A stretch of DNA of 64,000 nt from Lama glama (lineage: Eukaryota). Of the stretch, positions 1-12,352 are shown one piece after another (position 1 is the first letter of the stretch; each line of letters opens with the position of its first letter). The notes under the pieces were generated by a model that ran no database searches, had not been told where the DNA came from, and saw only the letters and a program-made list of their open reading frames with translations. The DNA is taken from NCBI GenBank assembly GCA_028534125.1, contig CM052817.1, positions 70,186,001 to 70,250,000 of the forward strand, written 5' to 3'. The translations under genes were made by a program, and so were the position numbers.

Positions 1-116
1 TTCCACCTGCAGGACTGACTGAGCGTGAAATGCCTAAGGGGAAGATGTATGGTTAAGATTTGGTTTCCGTTTCTATTTTTATTTATACTTCTATTTCTGT
101 TATTTCACCCCTCCAG

Positions 117-245
117 GGTTTATTTTCTCTTTCCACCCCAGGGGCCCACTCACCTTCTGTCCCCTCCTCTCTCTGCCTCACCACTGTTGCCTCTGCCCCT
201 GCTCTTCCTCCAACCCAAGCTGCTGCTTATTATAACAAACAGTAA
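117..245 (+). CDS. Candidate terminal coding exon of an unidentified upstream gene (GLFSLSTPGAHSPSVPSSLCLTTVASAPALPPTQAAAYYNKQ*). An alternative acceptor ends at 141.
   Basis: A long T-rich tract ends in ...ttcacccctccag (116), and a second pyrimidine tract ends in ttttctctttccaccccag (141). The GC-richer open frame ends TAA (243-245) and is followed by repeat-free, UTR-like sequence. The protein was not recognised and the reading frame is uncertain. Confidence 0.35.
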   Translation, partial: GLFSLSTPGAHSPSVPSSLCLTTVASAPALPPTQAAAYYNKQ

Positions 246-1870
246 TGAAAAAATTTGACTCGTATATTGAGTTGAAGTACAAAATATGTGATGTTTAATG
301 TGCCACCTCCCTTCGGGTGTATATGTTTTTCCATAGACAAAGCCTTGTTTAATTTTGGTCAAACAACAAAAGTTGCAGTTGTAGGGTTTTAGCTGTGGTT
401 GAACCGTTGGGAAGGTGCTTTATTGAAATTATGTCATGTTTCAGGCCCCTACTTTGCTCACAGAGTCTCTGCTGGCCTGAAATCTTCAGGGCCTTGCCTC
501 CCAACCTGTCCCACTGCCCCGTCACGTGGACATCCTGCTCTTCTGAGCTTCGTGATCTCCAGCTGTGGTTTTGCCTTCTTAATCTTAAAGAAGTAAAATT
601 CTTCTTATTTTCAACGGAAGACAGATTAGACAAAAACAAAGCAAAACAAAACAAAAACAAAAACTTGGAAGCTGGCACCATTTCTCCTGTGAAATGCACA
701 AAGGTCATCCTGTCACTGGGACAGAGGTGATGCCAGTGTCCTGGATGGTGTCTGAGATAAGAATGAAGGTTACACATTTGACATCGCAGTGCTTTTGAGA
801 TGACATATTTTGGCCATTTTAACCACTAAGTCCAACTCCATAGGTTTGATGGGTCAATTAGTCTATCTGATATCATCATTTAAATGACTAAAAATAGTAG
901 ATCAATGTCTTCCTTTTCATTTTAGACACATAGATTTCATCTGGCTTTAGCATTCTTTTCATATTGCTAAATAAGGGTTTTTGGTATTTTTTTTTTGGTA
1001 GCTGTAACTGTACCCCCAGAGTTAGCCTAATTCCTGGCTCTTAAGAAATTTTTTGCAGTTGTTTGTTAAAATAACATGTAAATATAAATATTCAAAGCAA
1101 AATCACAAGGCTATTTAAAACTGCTCCTCAACATTTCAGTTCTTTAGCAAGTTTAATGGAGTTTTTCTATAAGACCTATTTATGGAGGAAAGTTTATGAT
1201 AATGTGGGTCCATCTGGTACTAAGTCCTAGGATGTTCATTTCTCAGAAGTTGCAGAAAGACCTCTTTATTATATGGCCTTTCCCTATGTCAGTGTGTATT
1301 GGAAGTAGGCCACCAGGCCAGCATTATAGTGACATCCCTGTGCATACACACATTAATTTCCTCAAGAAATAGATGATTTTCACCAGGCTGGCTCCTTCTC
1401 AAAATTCAAAACTTAATTTTCCTCTGGGTTAGTTTTCGTGTGAAGAATCCTTTCCAAATCACTTCCCAGTCTCTCTCCGTGAAACCACCGCTGGTTAATG
1501 GAAACTTAGGGCACCTGATGGAGTGGGGCACAATGGTAAATCCCTCGGTCTCTTTTTTTCTTTGGATAAACAGGTCTTTTCTGAGGGCCCTGCTGGTGGT
1601 TTGATCCTTGGCAGTTACTCTCCTCAAAAACGTGTCTTACGAGAGCAAGCAGTTCTTCCGAGTAGAATGGACACCTTTCAGAGTCCTTTCTGTTTGTTTA
1701 GTTTCTTGATTATATGAAGTACATTAAAACCAGTCTAAGGCCCATTAACATAATTTTCATGCATGTTAGTTCTGGCAAAACACACTAGGCAGGAACTGTA
1801 TGATAAATGAGATAAATAATTTTGATGGAGCAGGGAAATAAAATAAACTTTGCTATTTAAGAAAACAAAC
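246..1870 (+). other. Putative 3'UTR with polyadenylation signals
   Basis: Repeat-free AT-rich sequence. Pumilio element TGTAAATA at 1077-1084, ATTAAA at 1723-1728, and overlapping AATAAAATAAA at 1837-1847 followed by a GU-rich tract (~1878-1915). Confidence 0.35.
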
Positions 1871-3605
1871 CATGACTGGTGGTGTGCATGGGGATCAGTT
1901 TGTGTTGGGGTGGCATCCTGAGGGTGGCCTCTCATCCTTAGAGTGTTCTGAGGAGAAAGAGCCACTGTCTAATTCTAATAAGGTATAGGTGCAGCTTTAA
2001 AATAAAATATTGGGAAGCTGATTGCCCTTTATTTAGGACTAGATCATCCGGGCTGTGGGTGATGTGAGGGTCCTTGTACTTCCTCTCCTGGGCTGCCTTT
2101 TAGCACTTTGCCTAAAGAATTGGGCAAGGCAGACAGAGAAACGAAATTTGTATTCGTACTGAGACTTACTAACACCTTGGGGAAGAACTCACTGGAGGCT
2201 GAGTGGATTCTTTCTAACAAGTTTAATTTTACTTACTTAGCAGTTTATAGGCTGTTGTATGAGCGGGCCCTGCAAAAAGTGTCTATCCGAGTTAGTGGTG
2301 GAATCAGGCTGGTGGGGCCTGGGCCAAAATAGAGTCTCTGTGTGCCCCCAAATCATGGAAAGTAGAAAGAACCTCAGATGAGACCTTGAGTGTTTGGGTT
2401 TTTTTTTTTTTTTTTAAGAATTGTTTTAAACGGGCCCCTGGAAATGAGGTGAATTGTTTCACAATGGGTTGATTGTTCCGACATCACCTGGGCTTTGCGT
2501 CATTGAGACCGCCCTCCTCCAGTGCAGAGCTGTGCTTCTTGATTCAGAGGAGGACACTCCCACACAGGTACGCGCACCCTGGCAAGGATGGCAACATCAC
2601 ACTTGCGTAAGGTTTGGGTTTTCTTTTCACTCCTCAAAGACCGATCAGCTAGGAGAAGTTTAGGCAGTAAAGAAAGTAAAATTAATGAGATTATTGGGAT
2701 AGTTGATGGATTTTAAATATCCTTGTGAAAGCTGCCTTTGTAACACTGTCAATAATTGTGAACTGGTTGTATACCACGTGTGACAGGAAGCCCTTGAGTT
2801 TCTGCTCGTTAACACATGGAGAAATACAGCACCGTATCTCTACCACCCACCACACGTTCTAGCCTGTCTGTAGTTAAATGAGCCATATGGATCTTCTACC
2901 ATACTAAAACCCTCGTTATCTCAACAGTATGATGGTGATGATTGCCTTAAAGTTTGGTTTTAGAATGTTGGGGAAATGGTGGCAGCATGATTTGGGGGTC
3001 TTCCTAAATTCCCCACAAAGAGCACAGGGTGAATTGTATGCTATATGAGTTGTATCTCAACAAAGCTGTTAAAGTGTGTGTTTGTGTATGTGTTTATACA
3101 TATGTATGAAAGCTCAGCATCCTAAACTGTAAGGGGAAAAAATGAAGACTAGAGCATAAAACCAAATGCCCATAAAATCCATGAGCAATATGTATGAAAA
3201 GCCAGGGAACAAGATAAACCAGTGAATCCTAAAATATGAGTCATAAGACCTGCACCTTCTGACATCTGTGTAGGAGGAAACTGAGAGAAGCAGTGGGGCT
3301 GGATTTGATGAGTATGAGAACTGAAGAACCTCAAAACAGATGAAACTGGAAACTAAAGCTAGCCAGCTTGATAACAACAGCTGATCTCGTCAGGTGCTTG
3401 CCCACCCCAGTTGCTAGTGACACAAGGGTCCCGTGTTAAGGCTTAAGGTGCCTGGAGCAGTACAGCCCCCGTGAGCCCTGACACTGACCCACCAGGGCTC
3501 TCTCCCAGCTCAGGGCCCCTCACTGAGGAGATGAAAGAAGGGGAAGTCCAGATAAAAGTAGGTGGGTGGGGAAAATGCTAGGAAATCTTAGACACAAGCT
3601 GCTCT

Positions 3606-3617
3606 GTGTATGTGTGT

Positions 3618-3653
<36 letters not shown>
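3606..3653. repeat. (TG)n microsatellite
   Basis: Directly visible near-perfect TG run. Confidence 0.97.
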
Positions 3654-3655
<2 letters not shown>

Positions 3656-3657
<2 letters not shown>

Positions 3658-4015
3658 GGCTTTATTTTTTGGAACAGTTTTAGATTTACAGATTTAGATT
3701 TAGAGCAGATAGTACAGAAAGTTCCCAAATACTCCCCAGCCAGCTTCCTCTATTAGAAACATCTTTAACACCATATGTTAGTATGGTAGAGTTACTATAA
3801 TTAATGAACTGATATTAATATATTATTATTGCCTAACTTATACTTTACTCAGATTTCCTTAGGTTTCACCTAAAATCCTTTTCCTGTTCTGACCCCATCC
3901 GGAATGCCACCTTACATTTAGTTATCTCATCTCCTTAGGCTTGTTATAACAGTGTCCCAGACTTTCCTTGTTTTTGATGAACTTGACAGTGTCAAGGAGT
4001 GCTGGCCAGGTGTCA
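3656..4015 (-). mobile_element. L1MC-type 3' end fragment
   Basis: Sequence ttttggaacagttttagatttacag...ttgacagtgtcaaggagtgctggccaggt matches the recalled L1MC 3'UTR in reverse orientation. Confidence 0.7.
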
Positions 4016-4691
4016 TACATACATTTTAAAACAATTTACAAAAACAACAGAGGAGTGGTCTCTGTGAAGTTAGAAAAGTTGTATGAACAAGAACTCTTCC
4101 TAAAAGTTCAGGAAAATAATTTTACAGAAAAATTGGCTACAGAAAATCATTGAGGTCAAATTCTATACAAAGGTTACTATAAGCAAAAAAGAGAATGGGG
4201 AGCAGAATAATATCTCTACAGGCAATAAAACATACCAGAAAGACATAAGCAAAAAAAAAGATAAAAATGATAATGTACTATTTCAAAACAAGCTAAATAT
4301 TTGAAGAAAATTGTTCAAAACCTGAAGGAACAACAAAATCAAAATCTGAAGGACTCAGAAATCAAAGAATTGGTGTCAAAAATAATTAAAAATAAAAGAA
4401 AAAGTGAAGATTAAATTGGAAGAAATGCAAGAGTAAATAAATATAAGAAATAATTCCTTAAGGGAAATAGAAGGTGAAAAGGAGAAAAATTTTTAAATGT
4501 CAAAAAAAAATGAGGAAAGAAATTTAAAAAGACTCAAGACAATGAGACAGATATTTGAAGATAAAGAAAGAAAATTAAACATTCAGATAACAGGAATCCC
4601 TGAAAAAGAAAACCAATGGACAGGAATAAAACAAATACTAAAATTCCAGAAAATGTTTCTGAAATAGAGGAAAAAAATGAAAGTACCTTTT

Positions 4692-4993
4692 CCTTATTTT
4701 ATTTTTTTAATTGAAGTATACTTGATTTGCAGTGTTGTGTTAGTTCTTGGTGTACAGCAAAGTGATTCAGTTATACATTTGTCTATATACATATATATTC
4801 TTTTTCAGATTCTTTTCCAGGAGAGTTTATGTCAAGATATTGAACATAGTTCCCTGTTCTATACAGTAGGACCTTGTTGTTTATCTATTTTACATATGGT
4901 AGTTTGCATCTGCTAATCCCAAAGTCCTAATTTATCCCTCCCACCTCTTTCCTCTTCAGTAATGTAAGTTCGTTTTCTATGACTGTGAGTCTG
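4692..4993 (-). mobile_element. 5'-truncated artiodactyl-type L1 3' end
   Basis: Hallmark ttgaagtata...gtgtacagcaaagtgattcagttatacat and a T-rich tail. Imperfect TSD tgaaagtacctttt (4678-4691) / tgaaactacatttt (4994-5007). Confidence 0.9.
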
Positions 4994-6678
4994 TGAAACT
5001 ACATTTTAAAAGCACATTGTGAATCTTAGAATATTGAACCAGGATGATCAACACCAAGAAAAATTCTTGTAAAATTAACTTTGAAGAAAAAAAAATCCTA
5101 GTCCTTTGTATGTGTAGACAAAGAAAGCTTATGATATATAAAGAAAATCCAGTTATCATCAGACTTTTCAACAGCAATGCTTTATGCCAGAAGAAAATGG
5201 TGTAAAATTTTTAAGACATTCAGGGAAAGAAAACGTGTGCCAAGATTTTATATCTAGTAAAACTGAGTTTCAATAAAAATGGCATCAAAACTTGTAATCA
5301 GCAGAGAAGAACTCAAGAAATAATATTTTATGAACCTTGTAAAAATCTTTTTGTAGTTTTGTATTGGAAATAACAGTGTAAACTTGTGAGATACTGTGTT
5401 TTAAAAACCTTAAGATGCATATCTTGTGTGTGTACTTCCTAGCTCTGTTTGCTGAAAAGGTCTAGAAACAATAACCAATTCAGAAATAATGAATATACCT
5501 AGGGCCCAGATATGGTCTTGAAATATCATTCCCTGTAAAAGAAATCAGGATTGGAAAATGGCTGATCCCAAGTCTGGGACAGGAAACATACAAGATGAGC
5601 ATGGAATGCCTTGTAATACTAGATAGCAAAGAAGCTATCAAATACTAGTAGGGTCATGTCTAATGGACTTGAAAACCAACTTGAAGACAAGGCTCCCACT
5701 GACCAATTTGAGCTTCAGAATAGATATGAATTGCAAAGGCTTGAAATCCATCAAATGTTTAAGTTTGTGTGTTCATAGTTATATATATGGCTATACACGT
5801 ATATATTCACACACATTTATGTATAGCAGTAGTTCATCACCTTCTGAAGATAACAGGGACCAATTCATCTCCTTAGAAACTGGGTTGATAAAAGGGAAGA
5901 ACTGAGCATTTATCTGCTTCTTCTTTATGAACCGTACCACTGGGTATCTCCTTATAAAATTATTAGAGCTAACAAATGAAAACAAAATGATAGAATGCCA
6001 CCATTTTGTAACTCCTAATGAGTGACTAGATCCAGGCATTGCATCAGTGGCTGCTTACATCCGAAATGAGTGAACATCAGACATTATATGCCTCTTGATG
6101 GAAGAACACAACACCATCTGAGCTTTGCTAAGCTGAATCTGATACAGTCTCTGGATCCAGCTGCCCATTTGCAGGAAATACCAAGGACCGAGGAAGGTAA
6201 GGAACTGTACAAACGATAGGCAATTAACAAAATCCAGCCTGTGGGAAACATTATTATTAAACAGCCTAAGATTTTTTTCAAAAAGGTAAATTATAAGGGA
6301 AAAAAAGGTATGGAGGATAACTGGTAGATTAAGAGACTGAAAATATATATATGATTTTAAAGAATGGGCAAGATTAAATGACAGTGTCTCAGGATGGGCA
6401 CTTGGGTGATAAAACCAAAAGGAATTATAAGGAAATGCTTGCTCTTAATCTCAGGATAGTAGTTATTTCTGTAGGGAGGGAAGGTGCTGTGATGGGCTGA
6501 GGTATGTGGAGGGGCTGTTGAGTGGCTGGCAGTTCTATTTTTTTGAACTGACTGTTGGTCACGGGCTGTTTACTTGATAATAATTCACTGTGCCATACTT
6601 TTGTGGGGCTTTTCTGTTATCTGTGTTTTATTTACTTTTATAAAGATGTTTTTTAAAAAGTTTTCTAAAAGGTGTTTT

Positions 6679-6771
6679 AATTTTTTTATTTTGTAAGTAT
6701 ATTTTCTATTGAAGTATAGTTGATTTACAGTGTTGTGTTAATTTCTTGTGTATAGCAAGTGATTCAGAGAT

Positions 6772-6817
<46 letters not shown>

Positions 6818-7699
6818 CTTTTCATATTCTTTTTCATTACAGGCTATTACAAGGTATTGAATATAGTTCCCTGTGCTCTACAGTAGGACCTTATTGTATA
6901 TCTATTCTATGTATAGTAGTTAGTATCTGCAAACCCAGAACCCTCAATTTACCCTCCCCCTACTTTTGCCCCTGGTAACCTAAGTTTGTTTTCTGTGTCT
7001 GTGAGTCTGTTTCTGTTTTGTAAATAAGTTAATTTGTGTCGTTTTTTTAAGGTTCCACATAAAAGTGATGTCATATGGTATTTTTCTTTCTCTTTTTGGC
7101 TTACTTCACTTAGAATGACAATCTCCAGGTCCATCCATATTGCTGCAGATGGCATTATTTTATTCCTTTTATGGCTGAATAATATTCCATCATACCACAA
7201 CGTCTTTATCCAGTCATCTGTTGTTGGACGTTTAGGTTGCTCCCATGTCTTGGCTATTGTATATAGTGTTGCTGTGAACATTGGAGTGCATGTATCTTTT
7301 TGAATTAGAGTTCTGTCTAGATATATGCCCAAGAATGGGATTGCTGGATCATATGGTGAGTCTATTTTTAGCTTTTTGAGGAATCTCCATACTGTTCTCC
7401 ATAATTCCTGCACCAAACTACATTCCCACCAGCAGTGTAGGAGGGTTCCCTTTTCTCCACACCCTCTCCAGCATTTATCGTTTGTGGACTTTTTAACGAT
7501 GGCCATTCTGACTGGTGTGAGGTAGTACCTCGTTGTAGTTTTGATTTGCATTTCCTGATGATTAGAGATATTGAGCATTTTCTCATGTGCCTATTGGCCG
7601 TGAGTATCTCTTCATTGGAGAAATGTTTGTTTAGGTCTTCTGGCCATTTTGGTATTGGGTTGTTTGTTTTTTGTTATTGAGTTGTATGATCTGTTTGTA
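6679..7699 (-). mobile_element. 5'-truncated L1 with ORF2 C-terminal remnant (ORF 6949-7578)
   Basis: Translation contains the L1 ORF2 cysteine-rich motif [18 protein letters not shown] and [12 protein letters not shown]. Perfect 13-bp TSD TAAAAGGTGTTTT (6666-6678 / 7700-7712). Internal (TA)n at ~6777-6815. Confidence 0.97.
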
Positions 7700-7969
7700 T
7701 AAAAGGTGTTTTTTTAAAATTGTTTCTGAGATTTGATCTACTTTGACATTATGATGAATGTACTCCCAGAAAAATGTGCCAACAACTGAATACTTCTTGC
7801 AGAGTCGGGGGCTTATCTACAACTCCTGACACCCTGCCCCCCACCAGCGCCACCCAACAGGGAACCGCGAACTCCATATGAAGAACTCTTGTTTAGAATG
7901 TTTTACTCAAAGGAAGGATAAGTTGAACTTAAAAAATTGCCATGAGCTGAAATAAGCTTTTAGTTTTCA

Positions 7970-8140
7970 CATAAGGGAGTTCTTAAATTGGAGTCTGTGG
8001 ATGAACTTTGAGGAACCTGAGAACCCTGTGAAACAGGACGTCATATTTTTGTGTGTATATATGAACATTTTTCTGGGAAAAGGGTACAGAGTTTTTATTG
8101 ATGATCAGCAGTCTCTGACCTCAAATGGTCAGGAATCCTC
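7970..8140 (+). mobile_element. hAT-Charlie MITE remnant (MER103-like)
   Basis: ttttctgggaaaagggtacagagttttt...ctctgacctcaaatggtcaggaatcc resembles the recalled MER103 3' part. Confidence 0.5.
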
Positions 8141-8679
8141 AACAGCCCGGAGAAGCTGAGGAGGCTGTAAGGTCCCTCCGTGCTGCTGGACCACTGTTGT
8201 GGGAGAGGATGCTCCCTTATGCCTTCAGCTAACCAGAGAGAAGACCCCATTCCCTAGATCCCAGTGGTCTTTTTTGTGTCCTTACCACCATGCTGCTCCA
8301 GTGGTAGGATTGGGCCATGAAAGCAGCAGAGGGTCCCTGAGCTCCCAGACAGTCTTTGCTTTTCAGTTAAGCCTATTTCTGGGCAAACAGAAGCATTTCC
8401 CTTTCCTTTCAATCTCAGAACAATGAGTCTCTGGGGTTCCCAGATATGTCTCTACAGTAGCACCTCCGTGATCTTTGGCAGGTCTGCCACCACCTCTATC
8501 ATCATTTCTTTAGTGTTTTCTTATTTAAATAAAGTGAAATTTAAAATATAATGCGCGTGGATTTAAAATCTGCCCCCCTCCCTTTTGTACTTGTTTACAT
8601 AAAAAGGAAAAATGCCTGTGAAGTGGGTTTGTCATGCTCATTACATTTTCATCCCTGGTGCGTTTCTCATGGTTGAGAC

Positions 8680-8810
8680 CATTGTAAAGCTTGCTGCAGA
8701 ATCACCTGGGTGGTGCTGACTCAGAATCTCTTGGAGAGGCTGTGGGGTCTGCATTTTAATGAGCATCAAGGTGATTCTCACTCAGAGTAAAGCTTCAGAA
8801 CAACTGCACC
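8680..8810. mobile_element. MER5-like hAT MITE
   Basis: agaatcacctggg...tctgcattttaa...ggtgattct...agaacaactg. Confidence 0.7.
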
Positions 8811-8874
8811 AGTAAAGTTTTCCTCCACGTACCACCTAAAGCAGTGTGCGTGCTACGCTTCGGGAAGCACTAGG

Positions 8875-9050
8875 TTTAGAGCTTAGTGTGCATGGGTTTT
8901 GAAGAAAGAAGGCTTATGTTTGATTCCTGGCTCTGATATTTTCCAACTTTATGAAGGCAGCCAAATGACCTGTTTCCTCATCTGTAAAATGGGTATAAGA
9001 AAACTTCCCAGGATTCTTGAAAGAACGGTGGGAGATCCTGTTTGATCTCT
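8875..9050 (+). mobile_element. MIR SINE
   Basis: Core tgtttcctcatctgtaaaatggg. Confidence 0.75.
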
Positions 9051-10999
9051 GGAGCTCTGGGCCCAGAGGACACACTTTGTGTCCTTTGTGTCCTTTGAGG
9101 CCCTCCCAGGCCTCTCTGTCTTCTGAGTTTTAATCTAGGCTCAGCATGGAATTATTACAAAACTTGAGGCAAATTGTTCAACTTATTTGAAGAGTTCTCT
9201 GTTTTTGATCTATTAAATAGTGATCATCTTTGATTTTATTTCCTGCAAATCCTCTAGGAAATTGAGGACAAACAAGCCCTTAGTCATTTTGTAAACTGTT
9301 GACTGGTGAGAGCTGTACACCTTTGCTGGGAGCAACATGAACTTGGAATAAGCACCTGCCCCACCTCCCTGTAGCTGCAGGAGAGCTCAGGCAGCAGCTT
9401 CTTCACGCCCACCTGCCTGCACCTGTACCTCACAGAGCTTACGCTGAAAAGAGCCATTTTCCCCTGCCTTTGACTACCTCTCACTCACTGTTTACCCTTC
9501 TGTCACTTGAACACACAAAGTTGTGTTACAACATTCTAAATGAATTGACCAATTATCTGGACACTTCAGATGGAGAAACACCAGGCACTATAAACATGTA
9601 GCTCTGTGGAGTGACTGAATTTTGGCAGGGGAGAGGGGAATCCAGAATAAATTTCTGCAAATCAATAATGCTGAGAGCTCGAGGAACAAAGGGTTAAAAT
9701 GTAACTGAGAGTGGTGACATGTCACTCAAAGTTCATACGTTCACTTCCTGTCATGCAAGTGCCAAGCTTCCCTCATTTTGAATGAACTTAGTTCTTAGTG
9801 GTTTATAGGGGCAACAGTCAGTCATTTTAGGGAAGAATTGCTGGCTACCTATTAGAAGCCTGGTCATATACCTATGGCTGTCTGCTTTTCATGAGGATGG
9901 AAATCATTTAGTTCTTGGGCCAAGCATAACATTCCTTTTATTACTCCTTTGAAGCGAAACTTAATTCTTTGTGTATATATTTTTTTGAAATACAGGACCT
10001 CAAAGAGGAAATCTCACATTAAGTGAAACATGAGCTGGTTAACTATTGATCATAATATGTAGGTGTCCAGATGAGGGCTTATGAATCTGGGCTGGGTGTA
10101 TGGGTTGGTGGAAAAACCCTGCCTGAAATCTGTTACATCATTACTGATTTCAATGGAAGACTGAACTATGTTGATAAGAAACAGAATTTAAAGGGTGCTC
10201 TTTTACTATAAAAGTGGTTTAGAATTTGTACTAGTTGATTCGTTTGCCATCTTTGGAGCTAAATTAAAATGTGCATAAATACTCATTTATAAACATTGAA
10301 TGTTGTAAAGGTTCTCTTTCTGGATCACCTTCTTATTCTACTATTCAAATAAATAGTTCCTTTTTGCAAGGGAAAGACAAAAGAAACACCAATAATGTGC
10401 CAAGAGCATAGTGAATTTAGAGTGTGATGAATCGACAGACTCAACCAGAACTGTCTGTTGCTCCTCTGGATGGAAATTTTAAACCTAAATATTTCTCAGC
10501 ATAGAAATTAAGAAATGGAAGCATAATTCTAGTGGCATTGCAAATTCTAAAACAACCCAAAATATGAACAATCAGTTGTAAAGTGAATTTAGGCATAGAC
10601 CATTAGATTCCTAGTTGGAATGCTGTGTGTTCCTTTAGGGGTTTCTGTAAGCCATCTAGCTGACACACCACCCCTTTCCGCCAGTGATATTCTAATCCCA
10701 AAGTTTGAGAGAACCTGCTGCGTGCTACTAGTTGGCTGTGGAAGAGTCTTTTCACTGGGCAGAGAGGACCTGCGTTGCAGAGCCACCGATCCTCAATTTA
10801 AATCACCAGCATATATCTGTTGATGTACTTTGCTTTTCCCCCTAACACTTCTCGTAATACCTAGGCTGGTTGGGATTTCCATGGTGGTTGACACCTCAGG
10901 CTCGCTCATACCGCTACCTAAATATTGGAGGTAGTTATAGAATACTGTTCAGGCTGGAGGGCTCTCATCATCCAAAATTCAGCTGACTCTAAGCTGGAA

Positions 11000-11175
11000 G
11001 CAGTCGCATACTTGTAACATCACCCAGGGGCTTGTTAACAATGTAGATTCTAAGACCTAACTTCCATGGATTCTGATTTATTAGATCTAGAAGCTCATGA
11101 GTCTGCATTTTAAACAAGCTCTCCAGACGATTCTGATACAAGTGACCTCTGGTCCACTTTTTAGGAAGCGCTACT
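11000..11175. mobile_element. MER5-like hAT MITE
   Basis: ggggcttgttaacaatgtagattct...tctgcattttaaacaagctctccag...gattctgat. Confidence 0.75.
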
Positions 11176-12191
11176 CTGCGGTGTCCTGTATAGTGCTTGT
11201 CTTCAGACTGTTCTCTGCAGACACTGCTACACAGTATATGCTAGGCAGGAATAAGAAGGGGGAAATTTAAGAGCCCATTTACAAATGATTCCTTAAAATG
11301 CCTAAAAATATGTAAGTACTTTCTTGAAAGGGATAGGTTGGGGAACTAGCAAGAATTGCCACCAATTGCTGTTGTGTCCCCAATGAAAACAACCTAGAAT
11401 TGTGAGAAATTATTTCCCATGTCCTTTGAGACCTCGTCTTTGGATATCTGCCCTTTCCCACCAGAACCCAAGCCTCTATTCCTAAAATATTCAATCCACG
11501 ATGTTCTGCCCAGTGCTCGACATCGTGGAACACCTAACCACAGGCTGGTTTGGACGTTGTGCAGTATTCAGAGAAAGGTGCTTCACCTCAAGTTGGAGCT
11601 CCACATATCTATCGTTGTGTTAATTCGAACAGGTGAAAGAAGGTTCCTCAAACTTTTGGTAACAGAATCTTCTCCCCTCCCCGCGCCTTCTCAGAGTTCA
11701 CTTGCTGTAGAGTTGATCTTGGGTGAATCTGCACATGGTCTGCTTGCCCTTGCACTCGTGTTCAGAATCTCCCAGGACTGCTCTGGAACTAAACTCTTTC
11801 AGTAAATTAAAATAATAAACAGCTGTTAATCCAAGAGGACCTGGTCCTCTTTTGAAGTTTTTCTAGACTCTAAATGGTAGAAAAGTGTGTGAAAGAAAGA
11901 AGGCAGTTCTAGGGAGATTCCTCACTAGACAAGGTAAGACATGGAAGGGAATGCTTGATGTTTTGCCAAGAGCCGTCTTTTAACTCTTTTTTTCCCCTGA
12001 TCTTAGTGAAATAGGCTGTCCTATGAATTTAAAGACAGAAAGCTTTGCCAGTGGCTTTACAAGGGAGTTATAATTGCTATATTTTTGTTAAACTGTTGTT
12101 TTTAACTTCCTGTTGAGGGAGCTTAAGAGGACAAAATTATTTTACAGCTAACATTTATATATATATATAATATATATATTTTATATGTATG

Positions 12192-12352
12192 GTAGTGATC
12201 CTCTAACTTTAATGTGTGTACAGATCTCTTGGAAATCTTGTTAACATACAGATTTAATAAATTGGAGGTGGGGCCAGAGATTCTGCAATATTTCCCACAA
12301 GTTCCTCAGTGCTGCCCAGGCTGCAGGTATGGGGAGCACACTTTGAGTAGTA
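12192..12352. mobile_element. MER5-like hAT MITE
   Basis: atcttgttaacatacagatt...gtggggccagagattctgca...cacactttgagtag. Confidence 0.7.

Larger units (their letters stand above)
2965..6655 (+). mobile_element. Old fragmented L1M/HAL1-like element(s) (A-rich ORF1-like region plus L1MC/MD-type 3' end), interrupted by younger inserts
   Basis: The purine/A-rich strand at 4030-5340 is typical of L1/HAL1 ORF1. The region 5400-6650 resembles old L1 3' ends (cctagctctgtttgctgaaaaggtctagaaac...). No intact ORF. Confidence 0.6.

Noticed and set aside
6949..7578. Longest ORF (209 aa) as a host gene
   Set aside because: It is the C-terminus of L1 ORF2 in a 5'-truncated copy bounded by TSDs.
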